From IMG/VR virus record IMGVR_UViG_648861014_000005: a stretch of 64,000 bases of DNA; one strand, given 5' to 3'. Positions 59,503 through 64,000 of this stretch are shown here, in pieces. The notes under the pieces were generated by a model, which was given only the letters and a program-made list of their open reading frames with translations, did no database searches and was not told the DNA's origin. The stretch comes from an uncultured virus (IMG/VR IMGVR_UViG_648861014_000005) (Duplodnaviria; Heunggongvirae; Uroviricota; Caudoviricetes). Numbering within the stretch: position 1 is the first letter of the stretch; each line of letters starts with the position of its first letter. Both the position numbers and the translations under genes were made by a program.

Positions 59503-60246
59503 ATGCAGAAAGTGTTCTTACCTATGACAAAGAATTACGCTTTTGGATTGGAAATGAATGATATTGATCTGATGGTAATCGATAAAAATCGGTTCACTCT
59601 CAGTTTGGTTCGTTCGTGCGCTTTCTATTGCGGAATCGGCAGAATTCGCATTTTTGACAATGTCGATGAAGCCTTGGAAGCAATGTTGGTCGATACCCCT
59701 AATATCGTTCTTTCTGAATGGGAACTTGATTCTATGAGTGGCTGCAAATTGTTACGGTTAGTGAGACATCAAAGCATGAGGCCATTGTGTTTTGTTCCTT
59801 TCGGTCTGATCACGCCACATCCAACGCGACCATTGGTTCAGCATGCGCACAATTCCGGTGCCCATTTCGTATTGTCCAAACCCATTTCTCCTTTAGCCTT
59901 GTCAAAACGTCTTAAATGGCTTGCCAAAGATGAACAGGAGTTCATGTTTGATGCGGCGGGAAATTGCTTGATCAAGGGGCGTCGCCCGATTCAGAGAGAT
60001 CAATCCACAAAACTCTCAGCCGTTCAGCGAATTCAATTGCGAAAGGCAGTTTCGTCCAAGAAGAATTCAGAAGTTCACAAGGTGATTGACGATCTGTTCA
60101 ATGCTCCACAAAACGCCAATAACCCTAAGAGCAAAGCGGCGGTCGACATAGCAACTCGCGATCTGGTAAATAAAGCGCAGGAATGGAAAGCTCGTTCTTC
60201 GAACCACCACTTGAACCAAAGGGCTACGAACGCCAAATCCGCATGA
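59503..60246 (+). CDS. Atypical response-regulator receiver protein
   Basis: LMVIDKN...PNIVLSEW...MSG..LL...GAHFVLSKPISP; Glu at the phosphoacceptor position. Confidence 0.8.
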   Translation: MQKVFLPMTKNYAFGLEMNDIDLMVIDKNRFTLSLVRSCAFYCGIGRIRIFDNVDEALEAMLVDTPNIVLSEWELDSMSGCKLLRLVRHQSMRPLCFVPFGLITPHPTRPLVQHAHNSGAHFVLSKPISPLALSKRLKWLAKDEQEFMFDAAGNCLIKGRRPIQRDQSTKLSAVQRIQLRKAVSSKKNSEVHKVIDDLFNAPQNANNPKSKAAVDIATRDLVNKAQEWKARSSNHHLNQRATNAKSA

Positions 60247-60444
60247 GTGAGAGATAGTTTTTCATACCGGAATTTCTAGCCTAACCACAAACCTGCTTAG
60301 GTTAGGCAGCTTGGACGCCGCTCTATTAGAGAAGTATGCTTACACTGCGCCACCAATTTAGATTTAGCTAGTAAATTCCTATGCGAAAAACGCCACATTT
60401 CAACCGTTTGCAAATACCCTTTGATGTAATTAGCGCTTTGAAAG

Positions 60445-60792
60445 GTGTTTATCATGGTTTGGTTATTATCGGTTTTATTTATTGTTGCTATTTGGCTTGC
60501 CACAGCTGCCTCAATTCGGTTGCACAGGTCCGATTCCTACGAACAATCTCAAAAACGCCTTCAGTTTTTGTTAATTTGTTGCCTACCCATATTTGGCGCC
60601 GCTCTGGTTCTGCATGTGATAAATTCAGACGATGCGGGCCGTTCTTCCAACTCTTCCGAAGTTAATACCGGAAATGCAATTTCTGCTTGGGCGCTTTCAT
60701 TTATGCTCCTCGACTTCACACATCTCATTTCCGATGCTAGCGAAACGCAAACTGAGGGCTCCTTTGGAGACGCCGACAAAATCGATTTTTAA
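60445..60792 (+). CDS. Small membrane protein
   Basis: Two TM helices, LPIFGA motif, acidic tail. Confidence 0.55.
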   Translation: MFIMVWLLSVLFIVAIWLATAASIRLHRSDSYEQSQKRLQFLLICCLPIFGAALVLHVINSDDAGRSSNSSEVNTGNAISAWALSFMLLDFTHLISDASETQTEGSFGDADKIDF

Positions 60793-61047
60793 TTCGAGAT
60801 TTCTGCATCGAACTTCTGACCGGGATTTGCTGTGTGCTGCTGTTGCGAGCCACAACTGTGGTGAAGCCTAGGTATTTCTTGGACAGTTTTTTCAAGTCAA
60901 ATTCATACTGTACGGCGTCCTGCAGCTCACACTTTCCATAGACCGCATTAATTTGGGCGTAAAATAATGGAACAAGAGCAACTAATCAGTGCCCCATAAT
61001 GTCTATCGGGCATTGATCAGCCCCACCTGAGTGGTCCGTTTTGATTG

Positions 61048-61900
61048 TTAGTGCATGACTGGGCTTTGGTCCATCCGGACGATGGTTTCTGGTGCCGGTG
61101 GTCGGTAGCCCAAGGCGCTGTGTGGGCGTTTGGTATTGTAATGTTTCCTCCATTGTTCAATCAGGATTTGTGCTTCCTTTAAGCTGTAGAAGATTTCACC
61201 ATTGAGTAGCTCATCTCGGAGGCGGGCGTTGAAGCTCTCGCAGTATCCGTTCTCCCATGGCGAACCTGGTTCGATGTACGCGGTCTTTGCACCCACAGCG
61301 TTGATCCAGTCCCTGACTGCCTGAGCAATGAACTCCGGCCCATTGTCTGATCTGATGTAGGCTGGAACACCTCGCAGGATGAAGAGATCCGTTAGCACAT
61401 CAATCACGTCGGTGGAGTTCAGATTTCGCTTCACCCGGATTGCCAGGCACTCTCGGGAATACTCGTCCAGGATGTTCAGTGTCCGGAACGCTTTTCCTTC
61501 ATTGGTTCGGCAGTGCACGAAGTCATAGCTCCAGACATGATTGGGATACTCTGGCCGCAGCCGGACACATGATCCGTCGTTCAGCCAGAGCCGCCCTATC
61601 TTCGGTTGTTTCATTGGCACTTTCAGCCCCTCTCGTCGCCACAGCCGCTCAACACGCTTGTCATTCACATGCCAACCAGCATCTCTGAGCAGAGCTGCAA
61701 TACGCCTGTAACCGTAACGGCCAAACTCACGGGCGAGTGCGATCATATCCGCCACAAGACGTTCTTCGTCAGCACGCCCTGCTGGAGGTTTCCTCTGCGT
61801 AGACCGGTGCTGACCCAGAACACGACAGGTTCGGCGCTCTGACACGCCGAGATGCTGACGAATGTGATTGATGCAGGCTCGACGACGGGCGGGGCTCAGA
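61048..61900 (-). CDS. IS3 OrfB, DDE transposase (-1 frameshift fusion to OrfA)
   Basis: YGYRRI, WSYDF, SDNGPEF, SPWENGYCESFN, RPHSALGY; GGGAAAC slippery site at the end of orfA. Confidence 0.93.
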
Positions 61901-62174
61901 AGTTTCCCTTTGCGGCCTCCGACAAGATCAACTTGTCCAGGGTCAGGTCAGACACTGCCTTGCGCAGCCGCTCGTTCTCTTTCTGAAGGCGTTTGAGTTC
62001 TTTCAGTTGGTCGGTTCCCATCCCACCATACTGCTTTCGCCACCGGTAATACGTCTGTTCGGTGATACGAACCTGCCGAATGGCATCAATGCGCGGCATG
62101 CCTTGGCCGACAAGGACTTCAACCTGCCGCAACTTCGAGACAATTTCTTCTGGCTTGTGACGTTTCGTAGCCAT
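61896..62174 (-). CDS. IS3 OrfA
   Basis: HTH (EQTYYRWRKQYGG) and leucine zipper (LKRLQKENERLRK). Confidence 0.93.
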   Translation of the reverse strand: MATKRHKPEEIVSKLRQVEVLVGQGMPRIDAIRQVRITEQTYYRWRKQYGGMGTDQLKELKRLQKENERLRKAVSDLTLDKLILSEAAKGNF

Positions 62175-62230
62175 GTTGATCCTCCGTTTTCCTAAACATA
62201 ACGATGGACCACTTCAAAGGGGGAGGATCA

Positions 62231-62433
62231 AGTGGATGGGACACAAGTCTCAGGAAGGCTCCAGCACAGGGGAGTATTACGAGCGATTTGATCCGGAATT
62301 TCTTGAAGATGCGATGCTCGCCACAGACCTCGTGATACGAGAAATTGAGCAGCATTTAGCCAAACGCTCTCTTAGTGCTCCAGCGACTGAAACAGGAACA
62401 AATAACGTAGTCCACGGCCGATTTGGCGCATGA
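62231..62433 (+). pseudogene. C-terminal remnant of a tyrosine integrase
   Basis: WMGH...STGEYYERFDPEFL resembles the box II His/Tyr region; ends about 80 bp from att; cut off by IS3. Confidence 0.65.
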
Positions 62434-62512
62434 TTGCAGCCACTTTGCAGCCACGTCTGAAACCCGAACCATCTTTTGTTCTGAGTTTCCATCTAACTAA
62501 GTCATTGAAAAT

Positions 62513-62563
62513 AAGTGGTCGGGGCAGCAAGATTCGAACTTGCGACCCTCTGGTCCCAAACCA
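62513..62563 (-). repeat. att core: 3' half of tRNA-Pro(TGG), copy 2
   Basis: Identical to 56827-56877. Confidence 0.9.
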
Positions 62564-62713
62564 TATGTAAGACCTAACTATTTGGATAAATTGGCGAAAA
62601 TTCGCAGAAATTAGATGGTTCTCATTAGGAGAACCTATCATGAACTCAAAACTCGCACTGCCGCGCCACTGCCGGATGGCAGCTTCCATGTACAAAATGT
62701 GGGGTAGCGCGCC

Positions 62714-63301
62714 ATGACCACCCCACCCACAACATTCCCGTTGTCATGGCCCGAAACTCTCCCACGCACGGCCAAGCCCACAGCCTCTCGATTCAATACG
62801 AATCTGAACAAGGCAATGAGCAACGTGAAGAATGCCCTCAGACTGTTCAGTGAGGACAGCTCCAAGCGCGTATCGAATGTTGTCATTTCTTCAAACGTCA
62901 CACTCGGCGCCCGCAACCCCGAAGACCCAGGTGTAGCGATTTGGTTTCAGTGGGATGGCTTGTCTGTCTGCATCGCTGTCGATCGGTACTGCGACGTTCA
63001 GGACAACGTACAGGCGATCTACCACATCATCGAAGCCCGTCGCACTGAACTACGCCACGGTGGCCTGAATATCGTCCGTGCATCCTTCGCCGGCTTCAGG
63101 GCCCTTCCCTCCAGCGGTACAAAAGTACACTGGCGTATGGCGCTGAACATCGGCCCAGGAACCACCCCCGACAAGTCGATCATTGAAGAAGCATATCGAC
63201 AGCTCGCCAAGAAACATCATCCAGATGCCGGCGGTTCCGATGAGCGTATGGCCGAATTGAACCGGGCCCGTACCGAAGCATTGGAGGCGGTCAATGGCTG
63301 A
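62714..63301 (+). CDS. Phage J-domain (DnaJ-like) protein, copy 2
   Basis: Close paralogue of 57028-57615; HPD motif. Confidence 0.88.
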   Translation: MTTPPTTFPLSWPETLPRTAKPTASRFNTNLNKAMSNVKNALRLFSEDSSKRVSNVVISSNVTLGARNPEDPGVAIWFQWDGLSVCIAVDRYCDVQDNVQAIYHIIEARRTELRHGGLNIVRASFAGFRALPSSGTKVHWRMALNIGPGTTPDKSIIEEAYRQLAKKHHPDAGGSDERMAELNRARTEALEAVNG

Positions 63302-64000
63302 GAACAGCAACATCGAATGGTGCCACCACACTTATAATCCATGGATTGGCTGTACCAAGGTCAGTCCCGCCTGTGACCACTGCTATGCAGAGACGCAGAA
63401 CAATCACCGAAAATGGGCGGAAGGTTGGGGGCCGCATGCTGCGCGGAAACGGACGAAGACCCGCTCCAATCTGAGGATATGGGACAAAAAGGCCAAAGAA
63501 CTCGGCGTTCGGTACCGTGTCTTCTGTGCCAGCCTTGCGGACATTGGTGACAACCACAGATCAATTGATCCGATTTGGCGCCGTCAACTGGTTGGGGATA
63601 TTCGACAGTACACCAATCTGGATATCCTGCTGCTAACCAAGCGCCCTCAGAACATCCCGACCCTGTACCCGGACCTTATGGAGGATTGGCCTTCGAATGC
63701 TTGGATCGGGACAACGGTTGAGAACCAGGTGGAAGCGGATCGGCGGATACCTCGTTTGTTGAAGCTTCCAGCACCCGTGCGTTTTGCGTCGGTTGAGCCC
63801 CTGCTTGGCCCTGTAGATTTAACTTCGCTTCCCTATGGGATGCCGATTGGCAATGCGCCAAGCTATCAGGACGCTTTGCGCGGCAAGATCTGGATGCAAG
63901 AGGGTTCTGTGACCTAGCCGACAGACAGCCGCGCTACGGTGAATGGCCGTACCTATGTCGACTTATGCGGCTATCTCTCATGGGTCATAGTCGGCGGTGA
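63294..64000 (+). pseudogene. DUF5131 gene copy 2 with the same in-frame TAG (63915-63917); runs off the window
   Basis: Paralogue of 57608-58366. Confidence 0.85.

Larger units (their letters stand above)
61014..62230 (-). mobile_element. IS3-family element
   Basis: IRs TGATCAGCCCCACCTGAGTGGTCC / TGATCCTCCCCCTTTGAAGTGGTCC; orfA/orfB; no TSD. Confidence 0.93.
56827..62563. mobile_element. Degenerate phage-related integrative element between tRNA-Pro att repeats
   Basis: 51-bp direct repeats, phage-type genes, integrase remnant beside the right repeat; contains an assembly gap. Confidence 0.75.

Overview
This is alphaproteobacterial (Rhizobiales-like) DNA. Positions ~1-49.5 kb are a nearly complete lambda-like siphovirus prophage. 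Its tyrosine integrase abuts the 3' end of a tRNA-Arg(TCT) gene; I did not find the other att site, which is probably left of the window. From right to left it carries int/xis, early genes (TerB-like, WYL-like), and an immunity region with 17-bp palindromic operators. Next come cro, cII, GcrA- and GapR-like genes, two DNA methyltransferases, DUF5131, a replication initiator with internal iterons, a NusG-like antiterminator, cos, terminase, head and tail genes (with a G/GT -1 frameshift), an RCC1-repeat fibre, a lysis cassette and an IetAS-type ATPase/S8-protease defence module. An IS605-type tnpA/tnpB element sits in the 3' end of the antirepressor gene. The most unusual feature lies between the OR and OL operators, in the lambda rexAB slot: a CI-like repressor with no autocleavage domain, a small ORF, a PAS-like sensor and a convergent GNAT/acyl-synthase-fold gene. 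This is a candidate phage-encoded small-molecule signalling or exclusion system. Right of the tRNA are an NDUFS4-like gene and an IS66-split adenylation-domain gene with a ferric-reductase-like partner and an enoyl-CoA hydratase. The window ends in tandem degenerate phage-related elements bounded by duplicated 3' halves of tRNA-Pro(TGG), containing an IS3 and an integrase remnant. All calls come from reading motifs by eye; no database searches were run.
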